This document shows, in pieces, positions 1-13,048 of a DNA stretch of 64,000 nt. The notes under the pieces are model-generated. The model was not told where the DNA came from and made no database searches. It saw only the letters and a list, made by a program, of their open reading frames with translations. This DNA comes from Chiloscyllium plagiosum (Eukaryota), in NCBI RefSeq assembly GCF_004010195.1, contig NC_057729.1:6534372-6598371 (forward strand), written 5' to 3'. Made by a program: the position numbers and the translations under genes. The stretch's first letter is position 1. Each line of letters starts with the position of its first letter.

Positions 1-85
1 TGGGTGGTATACACTTCGGCGGGTCGGTGTGGACTTGTTGGGCCGAAGGGCCTGTTTCCACACTGTAAGTAATCTAAAAAAAAAC
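1..85 (+). mobile_element. HE1-type SINE, 3' end (cut by window edge)
   Basis: cttcggcgggtcggtgtggacttgttgggccgaagggcctgtttccacactgtaagtaatctaa, nearly identical to the 3' end of the copy at 14856-15176. Confidence 0.9.
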
Positions 86-109
86 AAGAGGTGTTGAAGA
101 AGGCAAATG

Positions 110-867
110 CACTATGACATAGAGGTGAACCTTTCTGTTAATTAAACCAAACACCCAGAAAAGCTCACCTTGCTTCATAATGTGTTAAAGTATGAGTGAC
201 AGAGAACTCCCAAATTCCACTATTTAAAGAAAATAACATCAATTTATTTTTTAACTCGAAAAGTGAACATTAAACAATAATTTCACAACTCTAAGCCCCT
301 CTTTCTCTTAACTGTTTATCTACCTCCAACTCAATAACAAAATAATGAGACACTTATTAAAATTGCATCAACTTAATTTCAAAACTACACAGTGGCTGTT
401 GTCTTCAGTGTCTGTCTTCTTCTGGCTGGAGATCTCCTTGGATCGTCTTCTTTCTTTTTACTGCGAATATGTTTCATACAAGACGATACACTTGATAGAA
501 AGGATTTCCTAATTTCTTAAGTCTCTTTTGGCAGTTCCTCTCTCTCTGATTTTCAAAATGTGAACAATTTTATATCCCCAACATCGGATCATCTCATTGG
601 CTCAATGTTGGTGAAACAATAAGTTCAAATGTGATTGGGTTTTGGTATCCTGGGGCATAATTCAAACTTATTGGTTAAATTCGAATGTTTGCCAAAACAA
701 CAACCAACTCGGGTACCCATTTCACAGGCAAATGTTACATATTTTCAATTTTCCAGTACACTCTGAGACTGCCACCTAGTCATATACATAGGTGCTTGGC
801 ATCTCTTAGTTCAGAACAGCATTCACTCTCTCTTAAAGGTACAGTATGTGCATTCAACTTCATAACA
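110..867 (-). mobile_element. Solo LTR-like element inserted in a CR1 fragment
   Basis: Ends ...tcataaca; start cactatga resembles a decayed tgttatga; 4-bp TSD aatg (106-109, 868-871); AATAAA on - strand near 243; the CR1 sequence gaagaaggcaaatg|gtg.. resumes across it. Confidence 0.65.
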
Positions 868-1475
868 AATGGTGTATGAGAGGATTCAAGCACAGGAACA
901 GGGAGGCTTTTCTGAATTGAATATGGTCTTGGTGAGACCAAACCTGTGCAATCTCCTTATCTGAGAAAGAATTTTCTGGCAACTGAGAGAGTGTATAGAA
1001 GGTTTACGAGACTGATTCCTGGGATGGTAGGACGGATGCATGCAGAGAGACAGGATCAGTGAGGACTATATTCACTGGAATTTAGAAGAATGAGGATAGA
1101 ATCTCAGAAATCTATACAATTTTCACAGAATTAGATAGAGTAAATGCAGACATGATGTTCTCAATGGCCATGGAGACCAGAACCAGGAGTCACAATCTGA
1201 GGATAGGTCTTTTAGGACTGAGATAAGGAGGAATTTCTCCACCCAGAGAGTGGTGAGCCTATAGAATTTATTGTCACAGAACGTAGTTGAGGCCAAAACA
1301 TTGAATGCATTCAAGGAAGATGTACATGTAGTTCTTTGGACTAAAGGGAATAAAGGATATGGGGAGAAAGCTGAAAGACCGTACTGAGTTGGATGATGAA
1401 CCATGATCATATTGAATGGTGGAGCAGGCTCGAACAGCTGAATAGGCTACGCCTGCTCGTGGATTAAACATGAAT
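868..1475 (+). mobile_element. CR1 LINE, degenerate ORF2 C-terminus and 3' UTR
   Basis: Decayed RFTRLIPGM, GLYSLEFRRMR and RRNFSTQRVVSL motifs; 3' UTR ggtggagcaggctcgaa...gcctgctc. Confidence 0.85.
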
Positions 1476-2124
1476 GGAAGTTTCAAAGGCAATGCTGTAT
1501 CGAACTTCAGAACAGATGAAATTCTGGGATTAATGCCCTCTCCAGAAAATGTAATGCTTGCATCGAAAGAAAGATTTATGTGTGAGCTGGATGACTAGGA
1601 TCCAATGGAACAATGCAGATCACCCCACAGACTGGTGCCGTCTGTGTACTATGTGTACACAGTCATATGTGTACTAATGAAAGACAGTGCAATTACAGCA
1701 TTGCAAGGTACAGATTTATAATTCTCTGCTCAAAGAGATGTCCACATTTTATCATGACAGGAATGAAATTCCAAGTTGACAGGAAACAAATTCTTCCCCA
1801 AGCTAGATGTCTAACATGGATATTGGTTGATACATAAGCCAAGAAGTCTCAAAAAGCCCTGAATTGGAATAAAATATTTGACAAGGATACAGGGAATAGG
1901 CTGGAAATTGGCACCAGGCAAGAGGACCAGTGTAGGTGCAATGGGGCAGGCATTTGTCTTACACCTTTGACTTAATTTGGGCCAGAGTACATTTCGCAAC
2001 CTGAATGGATAGAGCCAAAACACAACTTACATGATCTCCTTTTGTACTGTAACAATTCTGAGATCTAGTGAAATCATTACCTTCAAAAACAGCATTTGGA
2101 AAATATTGCTTCCTGAAATTACAT

Positions 2125-2462
2125 AGTATAGACAGGGTGGATAGGGACAAGCTTTTTCCCAGGGTGAATGATTCAATAACGAGAAGTCAAGGTGAGAGGT
2201 GGAAAGTTTAAGCGGGATACACGCGGCAAGTACTTCACACAGAGGGTGTGGGCATTTGGAATGGGTTACCAGCAGAGATGGTAGAGGCAGGCACGGTAGA
2301 TTCATTTAAGATGCTTCTGGACAAATGCATGAGTAGGTGGGGAGCAGAGGGATACAGATGCTTAGGAATTGATCGACATTTTTAGACAGTGCATTTGGAT
2401 CGGCTCAGGCTTGGAGGGCCAAAGGGCTTGTTCCAAGGCGGTAAATTTTCTTTGTTCTTTCA
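2125..2462 (+). mobile_element. CR1 LINE 3' fragment
   Basis: FTQRVWAFG-like motif, 3' UTR ending ttttctttgttcttt. Confidence 0.75.
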
Positions 2463-2843
2463 TTGTACATTTTGGGTTACTGTCAGTTAATGTCTGTTGC
2501 AGCAACAAATGGACAGTTTCACAGAAAATGTACCTGGGTGTGTGGATGATATAGGGGTAACAGGCAAACCTAAGAAGAGGATGATCAGAACTTTCATTCA
2601 CCGATGGTGGCAACTCACCATAAAGGGCTCACCTTTAACAGCAAGAAGTACCAGGTGCATCTAAGTCAGGTCAGTTTTGGCTCTCCATGTTCAGATTGCG
2701 ACATGTACCCTGGTCCAAGTTAAGTCTAGGTGTAAGATAAATACTTGCCTCACAAGATAAAGATGACCTACGGCAATGCCTTGGTTTCTTCAACTTACAT
2801 CCAACAAACATTCTGAACTTTTCTGTCAAAGCATCATCATTGA

Positions 2844-3460
2844 GAGAGTTATAGAGTTACGAAGTCATAGAGTCATACAGCACAGAAATATAACCTTTGG
2901 CCCAACTCATCCATGCTGACCAAGTTTCCCTACTTAAACTAGCCCACTTGCTTGCATTTGGGTCATATCTCCCCAAACACTTCCTGTTCATGAAGCTGTC
3001 CAAATGTTTCTTGTATCTACCTCTGTGAATAAGTTGCCCCTCAGGTCCCTTTTAAATCTTATTCTTCTCACCTTAAAAATATGCCCTCAAAGTTTGAACT
3101 CCATACTCTATTCACCTTAAAAATGTGCCCTTCATGATTTTATACACCTCTGTAAGGTTACTCCTCAACTTCCTACGTGCCAGTGAAAAAAGTCCCAGCC
3201 TATCCAGCCTCTCCTTATTAAATTAAACCCTCCAGTCCCTTGTAAATGTTTTCTGAACCCTCTCCAATTTAATAATAGCCTTTCTATAGCAGGGTGACCA
3301 GAACTATATACAGTACTACAAAAGTGCCTTCGCAATCGTCCTGTACAACCTCAACAATGATGTCCCAATTCCTAATTTCAATGGTCTGAGCAATGAAGGC
3401 AAGTGTGTTAAACACCACCTTCACCATCCTGTCTATCTATGACTTAACTTTCAAGGAACA
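2844..3460 (-). mobile_element. CR1 LINE 3' fragment
   Basis: (catagagt)n tail and gaccagaact..cagtact (reverse of EYCxQFWSP). Confidence 0.85.
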
Positions 3461-3479
3461 ATGTGGCAGAATTGTGTTG

Positions 3480-5600
3480 CCCTAGTTTCACTTATGCTCC
3501 TCAGAAAAGATGTACTATAATACCATCAACACATTTGAAAGAAGTGCACCCTGCAGTCCCAGGATCCAAGGAAGAAATGATTCCTGTAAATTGGGACTTC
3601 ATGAATTATGATTCAAAACTGTTGTAAGTGCATTTCCAATTATTTTAACACAGAATCTGAAACATTTGCACTGGAATTTGGTATCATATAATTCACTCCA
3701 GAAACTGTTCACAAACCATTGGAAATGATTTGCCACAAATGCCTTCCAATTGTTCCTTCTGGATTACAATGATAAAAATACGATAAGACCTTGATGCCTG
3801 CTTCAAAACAGGTACCACATTAGTCAACTCCGGTATACTAAGCAACTTTCCAAACTCGAGCAAGGACACACATGTTCCGCTGGATCTAAAAACCAACAGA
3901 ACGGACATCGATCTGGAAGATGAACTCAAACTTGACCTATTGCATAAAACGTGACCAGCTTTGATCAAACAAACCATAACTGAAGGCAATGCAGAATGTT
4001 ATTGTCGAAGGGTGATCTGACACAACACAAGAGGTGCCAGACACGCTCAAGTGCTCTTAACCTTAGAGAGAGATGAGCTCAGTACCTCAGGAAGCATTAT
4101 TGTCAAAGGAAAGTAAGTACTTGTGCCTGAAGCTCTCTGCAAGGACACAGCCTCATTAGTACACGAGTGACATTTGGGTACAAAGCAGAGGAGACAGAAA
4201 ACATGAGATACAGTCTATTGGCCAGGTATTAAAAGGTTAATGAGAATGTATGAGTCATGACCGAACCACAAGCCACAGCTACATGGAGACTTTCTACACC
4301 AGCAGGAATACAGAGTGTCTCTTAGTCCAAAATTGCCACTGATCTATTTTCTGTGAACAGAGATAACTTGATTTTGCTCTTTATTTCCAGTGATCTGACA
4401 AGTAAGAAGCACTTCAACTCATCAATGGCAGACACATTGAATATGGCACTCAGTCTGTAGGGTTAAGAAATCAGTTCTGACAATGGACCGCAGTGTTTGT
4501 GCAAAACGTTCACGGATATGTGTGCCAAATAGGCATGAGCCAACTGAGGTTCTCATCTTCTTACACCAGATTAAACCTTTTGCTGAGCAGCTTGGTATGA
4601 CATGGTGGCTCAGTGGTTAGCACTGCTGTCTCAGAGTGCAAGGGTTCTGGGTTTGATACCAACCTTTGACAACTATCTGTGTGGAGTTTGCACATTCTCC
4701 TTGAGTTTTTGTGGGTTATCCCCAGATGCTCTGGTTTCCTCCCACAGTCCAAAGATGTGCAGGTTAGGTCAATTGGTCGTGCAAAATTGCCCATAGTATG
4801 CAGGCTGAGTGAACTAGCCATGGGAAATGCAATCTTACAGGGTAGGGTGTTGGTCTGGGTGTGATGCTCTTCGGAGGGTCGGTGTGGACTCAAGAGACAA
4901 AATAGCCTGCATCCACTCTGTAGGGATTCTATGAAATGGTTTGAACCATTAAATCACTCATTCCAAAGTGTAAAAGAACAGAACTAAATTGTTGTGTAAC
5001 TGTGTTACACCTCAGAGTTGCATCTCGAGATATTAGCAGAGAATGATCTTGTCAGGCCTCTAACCATCTGAATTCTCTGAGATGCAGGAGCAATCCTTGA
5101 CAAAACAGGGAAGATGAAATTGGTGTATGACCACCATGCAGACACAGGATAACCTCAGCTACATATAGGACAGAGTAACACACCTCATAACGGGAACATA
5201 ATTACCTGCAGAGTCTACTATACGTGCAGTGAACCCAGCATTTATGGAGTCACAATACCTTACAGGGCAGCACTAGGCAGGAACATAAGCCACTTAAGGG
5301 ACACGTATAACCTGTCAATTGTATACACTCAGATGATGATAGAGTGTTCGAACATCAGGGCAGTAATCAATGCACTGACAGCACATCCGCAAACCAAGAA
5401 CCATGAAGGATGAAATGCATATCTCCAGAATGTTACACCATAACAAGATCTGGAAGAGTTGCTGAAATATGTGGCCTCTTAGACTTCTCTGCTTGTACAT
5501 TTTACAATCCCTCTCACTGGGGAGTAGCAAGACAAAAGTTAGATCATGTTTATGTGCTTTTACTTGAAGTATACAAGAGCTATCATTGAGAAGAAAAAGG
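3480..5600 (+). mobile_element. Fossil Ty3/Gypsy pol (RNase H, integrase), interrupted by an HE1 SINE
   Basis: Manual translation: FTPETVHKPLEMI (~3692; cf. FTVETDHKPL); RDELSTSGSIIVKGK*VLVPEALCKDTASLVHE*HLG...TVYWPGI (~4070-4230, HHCC zinc region); KIATDLF (~4330); SDNGPQ (~4476); YGVTIPYRAALGRNISHLR (~5244); purine tract gagaagaaaaagg at ~5588. Confidence 0.75.
4598..4934 (+). mobile_element. HE1-type SINE
   Basis: A box tggctcagtggttag, B-box-like ggtttgatacc, core ccacagtccaaagatgtgcaggttagg, tail gggattctatga. Confidence 0.9.
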
Positions 5601-6453
5601 TTATGCTGGCCTACCACCTTTGGCGAGATATCCCTTTAAGACTTCAACATGCCAACTGTCCCAATACCAAATGCTATCATATGGCTGCGAGCCGCATGCT
5701 TTCTCAACATGAATCCTTGAGACTGGAGCTAAATGTGTATTTTATATTTGAGTTTAGCTGTAAATGAGCCCATCATAGATTTTCAAGTAAATGAATTACA
5801 CGTACTTCATTTGTCTTTGAGATATCACAAGAATATTATTATATGGATCTTAAATCTGAATTCAAGGTTTGCTTGTGTCCATCAGGATCTTGAGGCAGTC
5901 CAGCACATGCAGTTGCACTGTAATTGCCAGGAAATGTAAATTTCCAATGGACCTATTCGCGCTATTTGGAATCCACCATGAATGTCTCCAATACTGAAGG
6001 AAATGGGCATGTAAACAGGTCTTACCCATTTTTATTCTGGAAAAATTGGGCTGGTTAATGTCTGGTACAGCTCAGTGATTAACAAGCAATTCTGCTCTAG
6101 GGACCATAAGTAATCATCAATTAGCCATCCCAAATGGAGCTGACTATCCACCAAATCAACCAACTCCTGACTCGAAGTCAGTACCCCCTCAACCTTAACT
6201 GCCTATAACCCCTGACCTGATTACTCCCTTACACTGATTACCTCCCTGATCAACATGACTACCCACTCACAAGATCCAACAAACACACAGATCTGACTGC
6301 CCCACAACTCAACATGAAAATTCCCCAATGACCTGACCCGATCCATCCAGAGAATGCACTTCAGCCAATTACCCAGTTGATTCAATCTGACTACACCCAC
6401 TCACTCACCCATTGTGTTACACATTCATTCCTCCATTCACCCACTCACTTATT

Positions 6454-8085
6454 CATAGAAGATAGAACAGTACAGCACAGTTTAGGCCCTTCGGCCCTTG
6501 ATGTTGAGCCAACCTTTTATCCTGCTCTCAGGTCAAACTAATCTACGTACCCTAAATTTTACTATCATCCATGTGCCTATCCAGGAATCACTTAAATGTC
6601 CCTAAAGTATTTGACTCTACTACCACTGCTGGTAGTGCTTTCCATGCACCCATCACTTTCTGTGTAAAGAACCTACCTCTAGCATTTCCACTAAACCTTC
6701 CTCCAATCACCTTAAAATTATGGCACGTCTTAATAGCCATTTCCACCCTGGGAAAAAGTCTCTGACTATCCACTCTATCTATGCCTGTCATCATCTTGTA
6801 TACCCCTATCAAGTCACCTATCATCCATCTTCACTCCACTGAGAAAAGCCCTAGCACCTTCAACATTTCTTCATAAGACATGCCCTCCAGTCGAGGCAGC
6901 ATTCTGGTAAATCTCCCCTGCACCATCTCTAAAGCTTCCACATCCTTCCTACAATGAGGTGACCAGAACTGAACACAACATGCCAAGTGTGGTATAACTA
7001 GGGGCTTTATAGAGCTACAGCATAACCTCACGGCTCTTAAACTCAATCCCCTTGCTAATGAAAGCTAACACACCATATGCCTTCTTAACAACCTTATCAA
7101 CCTAGGTGGTAACTGTGAGGGATCAATGGACATGGACCCCAAAATCCCAATGTTCTTCCATGCTGCCAAGAATCCTGCCTTTAACCCTGTAATCTGCATT
7201 CATATTCAACCTTACAAAATGAATCACTTCATATTTTTCCAGGTTGAACTCCATTTGCCACTTCTCAGCCCAGCTCTGCATCTTGTCAATGTCTCATTGC
7301 AACCTACAACAGGCCTTCACAATATCCACAACTCCACCAACTTTCGTGTCATTGGCAAATTACTAACCCACCCTTCTACTTCCTCATCCAAGTCATTTAC
7401 AAAAATCACAAAGAGCAATAGTCCCACAACAGATCCCTGCAAACTCCACCAACTTTCGTGTCATTGGCAAATTACTAACCCACCTTCTACTTCCTCATCC
7501 AAGTCATTTATAAAATCACAAAGAACAGAGGTCCCAGAACAGATCCTTGTGGAACACCACTGGTCATCGAGCTCCAGGCTGAATATTTTCCATCTACTAC
7601 TACCCTCTGTCTTCTAAGGGACAGCCAGTTCTGAATCCAGACAGCCAGATTTCCCTGTACCCCATGCATACTTCCTTTCTGAATAAGTCTACCATGAGGA
7701 ACCTTATCAAACACCTTGCTAAAATCCAAATACACCACATCCACTGCTCTGCCTGCATCAATGTGTTTTGTCACATCCTCAATGAATTCAATAAGGTTTG
7801 TGAGGCATGACCTGCCCCTTACAAAGCCATGCTGACTAACTCTAATCAAGCTATACTTTTTCAAATAATCATAAATCCTGTCTCTCAGAATCCTCTCCAA
7901 TAATTTGCCTGCCACTGACATAAAACTAGCTGGTCTATAGTTCCTAGGGTTATCCTATTCCCTTTATTGAACAAGGGAATAAAATTTGCCACCCAACAAT
8001 CATCTGGTACTAATCCAGTGGGCAGTGAGGACGCAAAGATAACCACCAAAGTTGCAGTAATCTCTTTCCTCGCTTCCCATAAAAT
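6454..8085 (-). mobile_element. CR1 LINE, 5'-truncated ORF2 (reverse transcriptase and C-terminus)
   Basis: ORF track: SQHGFVRGRSCLTNLIEF, DVVYLDFSKVFDKVPH, SGVPQGSVLGPL, CVQFWSPH, RGRFFTQKV; frameshifted. Confidence 0.95.
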
Positions 8086-8411
8086 CATAGAATCCCTATA
8101 GTGTGGAAACAGGCCCTTCAGCCTTGCAAGTCCACACCAACTGTCCTAAAAGTATTCCACCCAGACCCATTCCCCTATGAATCTACATTTACCACTGACT
8201 AATGCAGCTAACCTAAACATCCCTGAACACCAAGGGCAATTTACCTAACCTGCACATCTTTGCATTGAGGGAGGAAACCGTGAACCCGGAGGAAACCCAT
8301 GCAGACACGGGCAGGATGTGCAAATTCCACACAGTCGCCCAAGGCTAGAATTGAATCCAGATCTCTGACGCTATGAGGCAGTAGTGCTAATCACTAAGCT
8401 ACCATGCCGTC
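8086..8411 (-). mobile_element. HE1-type SINE
   Basis: catagaatccctatagtgtggaaacaggcc tail; reverse tRNA-like head at 8350-8410. Confidence 0.9.
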
Positions 8412-8689
8412 ACTTATTTCTCCCTTTCTCTGTAACTACTCAATCCATAGAAATCTCCCAATCTTTACTATCTCCTCCAGCCCACAATGTTTGTACAAAG
8501 TTAGTGCGATGAATAGCAAGCACAAAATTTACTATACAAAGGAATTCACACTTCCTGCTTTGCTACCTGTGTCCTCATAGAGTACACAGCAGTGATTTAC
8601 CTCTGAAAGGCAGTCACTGTTTTATAGGCATTGCAATTGCTGACTTGAACATAGAAAATCCCACAGATAACAAAATTCGATGAACATCA

Positions 8690-9065
8690 GTTGATCTGTT
8701 TTGCTGGTGTTGGTTAGGTGTAATTATTGACTGTATGTCAATAATTACACCTGACAACCACCTGATGAAGGTGTCATGCTCTGAAAGCTAATGATTCCAA
8801 ATAGACTTGTTGGACTATCATCTGGTGTTGTGTGATTTTTAATGTTGTTGACCGTGGGATTACAAGATTGCAAATAGAACATCCTGCTCCTATTCAACTA
8901 GAGTCACGAGATCCTCCAAATCCATCTGAATGGAAGGAGACAACCTCTGTTTAATATCTGAAAGGCGGGCTCTCCAACAATGTAATTCTCAGCTGTGTGT
9001 CAGTTTGCAGTGTGGAACCCATAATCTTTCCCACTCTCAGTGTGACACTGAGCCAAGCTAACACT
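8690..9065 (-). mobile_element. DeuSINE/SacSINE1-like ancient SINE, interrupted by a PLE mini-element
   Basis: ggtgttggttagg...cctgctcct.ttcaa...gtttaa..tctgaaag...cactgagccaagctaacac, similar to the copy at 56440-56660. Confidence 0.55.
8753..8843 (+). mobile_element. PLE mini-element (family B) with decayed hammerhead
   Basis: cacCTGATGAaggtgtcatgctctGAAAgcta, then ttccaaatagacttgttggactat, matching 54265-54350. Confidence 0.7.
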
Positions 9066-12000
9066 TGATTTAATGATTCTGCCACAAACTTAGAAATAAA
9101 TTCAGCTGTGATTGCAAAAGTTCTCTCACAGAAAACATGAACGTTTTCAAAGATTCGGAAACAAGGAAAGTGAAGAATGAATGTTTTGTTCTGTTATCAA
9201 ACTGGAATGTATGCACAGGGATGTATCAGTTTAACAGAAGTGTCATTTTTCAGGAAAGTAATACGTTCCTGTCAGCTGGCAGGTTGCATTCCAGGTTTAG
9301 AGACTGTAAATAGCCCATCAACCAACAAAAGAATCTTAGAACTTCACATTGCATTACAGTTGCAGCGATTTGGGGAATAAAAAAAGTAAAAATGACTTGG
9401 TTTCCTGTCGTGTTTTGTATTTAATGATAGTCTCAGTAACACTTGCCAGAATTGAGGAGACACAAGCATTTCAACACCAAGTAATGCTCTTATCTTGAAC
9501 TTGTTTTCAGATCCTTTATTGTTCAAGATCGAATGAAAAGGAATAACATCTTCAATTCTTCTACTTCATACATACATTGTTCAGCCTCCCTGCTGACTTC
9601 AAACATTGACTTCAATTGAAATAAATGTTTCAGTTGAAACATTAACAGATGTTAGCACCTGGACATTTAGAGTCTTAGCTATCAATGGTGGGTACTAATA
9701 GATTGAACACAGACATAAAACCAACTCAACTCAGAGACCGTGATAATCTTTTTCAAATCCAGATGGAGTTCTCTCTGATAATGTGCAAGAATTTACTTCT
9801 GGTCTTTTCCAATTCTTTGTAGCCTCATATTGATTTTTCCACTTTACTAGTGCACTGAGATAGCCTCAAGGGGATGATGAGGAAGAGAGTAAGGTATGAA
9901 CGATGAAGAACCCTCTGTGAAAGAGTGATGACTTTCCTTTAGCCCTAGCCATGACTTTCCTTACCACACTGCTCCAGAGAAGCTTTCCCCTCACTAACTG
10001 TTGGTGGATTGAAGGTTTCAAACTCAACTTCCTTTCCTTAGGCATAATGTTGAGCATTACAATGAAGGGCCATGAGCTAGTACAACAGAGGAAGGAACAT
10101 TACAGGATCAACAAGTAGACTTTCCACCAGCAACACAGTGATCACAATCAGCCAATGCTGAAAACAAGATCCCAGGACTGGCTTCAGAACAAGGAAGGCA
10201 TATTAGCAAGGTTTCAAAGATCACAACTTGTTCATGCACCAAATGGCATCATTTATAGGAAAGAAACACTTTGTTAAAGGACAAATGAATAGCTGGATTG
10301 TCTTCATACTTTGGACCCTCAAGAGTAATAACACAGCTGAAAATAACTGAGACAAGGGCTGAAAACACTCAAGGCCTCAAACAGACATGCACTGATCCTC
10401 CACAACCTACAATGGAACATCATCCATGTTCTGACAGGTTACTCCAACTGCTTTTCAGACTTTCCCTGTGAAGTGATTCCTTTATATCCCATCCTTCTCC
10501 AAGATGTGCTGAAAGTAAGGTCGAAAAGAGACTTGGTGTGTGTTGAATGGGGTGGGTGTTGTTAGCAGTGATTTGTGGAAGTAAGAGAAACATAAGTCGC
10601 TAAATGTTATTGGAAATTATAGTAGTAAATGATTTAGAGGCTTGAGAGGTGGTATAGGATAATGGCTAAGTCCTATTATGCTAATGAATGGAATACATCT
10701 TCAATGATACCTTCTGGCACCTAGACATTTCTGGAACTAGAACTGAGCCAGCAACTCTGCTTACGTTATATAGTGATCAAAGGTTCCTGTCCGCCAGGTG
10801 AAGGTTGACTTGTGTCTCTCTGTACAATCTCAATACAACCTCACAACAACTAGGGATCAGTGGATCGCATTTGATGCTCCTGATAGTTAAGGGAATGTCT
10901 CTAAATTGCACAGCAACATCAAAACAAATCAATCTTACTGCTAGCCCATGGTTCAAGCTTTAAATGTTGTTGGATCACCTTGAAATACTGATAGTGTCCA
11001 TTTATTTGTTAGAGAAACCATCTTTGGGCAACACAAAAGTCCATTCAATCCTTTCAATGTCTTCTAATGCCTGTAATTTAAGCCACTGAAAATTCACCTT
11101 TGCATATTTGTTTTAGACAAACTGTTTCTCTTTTCTGGCAGAGGAGAGGGTAGAAAAGCAGCCTGGTAGTTGCTTAGGTGATATTTGGCTTGCATACTTC
11201 AATCGACCTCCAGCCTCAAATAAAATAAAGTCTAAAAATGCTCATACTTTATTGTTGTGCTTTCTCACCTGTTGATTAATTGAATATTTTGTTTAAGTAA
11301 TAAATGACAAGCGCAGAGAGGGATGAACTGATCTGTGTAGTGACACTATAAACATAAGCATTGTGCACACACGTTGCAATCTCCTCACCATTCCATTTCT
11401 CCTTCTATCAATACCTAGGAGCAAGAGTTCCAGAAATTGAAAGTAACGGATGATAATGTAGGGCAGCAGGATAGTTGCAGCTGAACACCTTGCATTTATG
11501 ACCTTTTTGTCTGCATTCTCAGAATAATTCAGTTCTAACACATCATCTGGATCAGTAACACCTCTGTGCCGCATACTGATGGCGGCATCTTTGCTGAAGT
11601 TCCAAATCATTCAAGAAAGTTTACTTATGATCTTCTTTCACCCTTTTCCTAACTTAAGATAAATATTTGTTCTATTTTTTTAAATGACTAGGTGGATTGG
11701 AAATGCCAGTAGAGACCTTTTGAACAGTGCTGTGCATTCTATCTAATTCTATACAATATAGCCTCATCTATAGAGTGACAATAATTGCATCAACTTTACT
11801 CTTAATGTCACCCTTAGCTCCATACTTACTGAGCAGACTGCAACTTACCTGTAATTGCAGAACAGTGTGACAGCTCAATCCTTTGCTACACATGCGGCTA
11901 TAAGCGACGGCCCAGCCTACTGTTCCTTTGTGATACCACTTCCCATGAATTTTCTTACAAAAGGACGTCAAAACCTGAATCTCAATTCACTGCCACAGCA

Positions 12001-12387
12001 ACGAGCAGGAAAATTGCCAGTCTGCACAAAAGATCATAATTGCCAAACAACACATGCTGGGAGGAGAGATTAAAATATCTCAGTGTGAGTAAAAACTATG
12101 TACTATAATGGCAACATGTGTTTGAATTTTGCACTTAGGTGGTAGTAGCCCTCTTATCTCATTAATTCAAATCGGCTCTTAACAGAACTGAGAAAACTGC
12201 AGTAATAAAGAGAGCAGTAGCCTCACTTCCTGTGATTGTTGCTGTTGTTGAGTTGTACTTCATGTGATTATAGTTGTCTATGAATCCACTGTTCACTCAG
12301 CAGTGTCAGAGGCAGAGTGTTGATCCTGCAAGGAGGTTTGTTTCAATCTTTGCTAAAATGAAAGGGAAATTAAGGCAACACTAAAGG

Positions 12388-12728
12388 AGGGGCATGGATA
12401 AGCTGAATAGCCAAGGCCTTTTCCATAGGGTTGGGGAGTCCCAAACTAGATGGCATGGATTTGAAGTAAGAGGGAAGATTTAAAAGGGCCTTAAGGGACA
12501 GGTTTTCATGCAGAGGGTGGTACCTGTATAGAATGAGCTGCCAGAGGAGGTGGTAGAGGCTGGTACAATTACAATATTTAAAAGGCATCTGGACAGGTGT
12601 ATGAATAGGAAGGGTTTGGAGAGATATGAGCCAAATGCTGGCAAATGGGACCAGAATAACTTAGGATATCTGGTCAGCATGGACAAGGTGGACTGTAGGG
12701 TCTGTTTCCACGCTGTATAACTCTATGA
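12388..12728 (+). mobile_element. CR1 LINE 3' fragment
   Basis: FMQRVVPV*NELPEEVVEAGTITIFKRHLD; tail ctgtttccacgctgtataactctatga. Confidence 0.9.
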
Positions 12729-12979
12729 ATTTGACAGAAAAGTACATACATCTATAACAGTAATTATCTCAAATAATTAACCAGTATCATATTGTGAGGT
12801 GAAGAACAATGTAGGATGAGGGTTGGTGAGAAAATCTGCTCTTGTGTTGAAATGATAGAGGTTTTCTGCCTAGTCTACCTCATTAATTTTCTTTTACCAG
12901 TCAAACCATTCAAAAAATAAGGGGTCCAGTCCAGAACTGAGATTGCAGCAACTCTAAGCACCAAGAAGGCTCATTTTCA

Positions 12980-13048
12980 AAATGTTAGCTTGCTCTCTCT
13001 CCATGGATGTTGTCTGCTATGATTCCCAGCATTTGTTGTTTTCAGCTC
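12980..13048 (+). mobile_element. 69-bp PLE mini-element (family C)
   Basis: 13-bp TSD aggctcattttca (12967-12979, 13049-13061); body matches 51945-52010. Confidence 0.75.
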
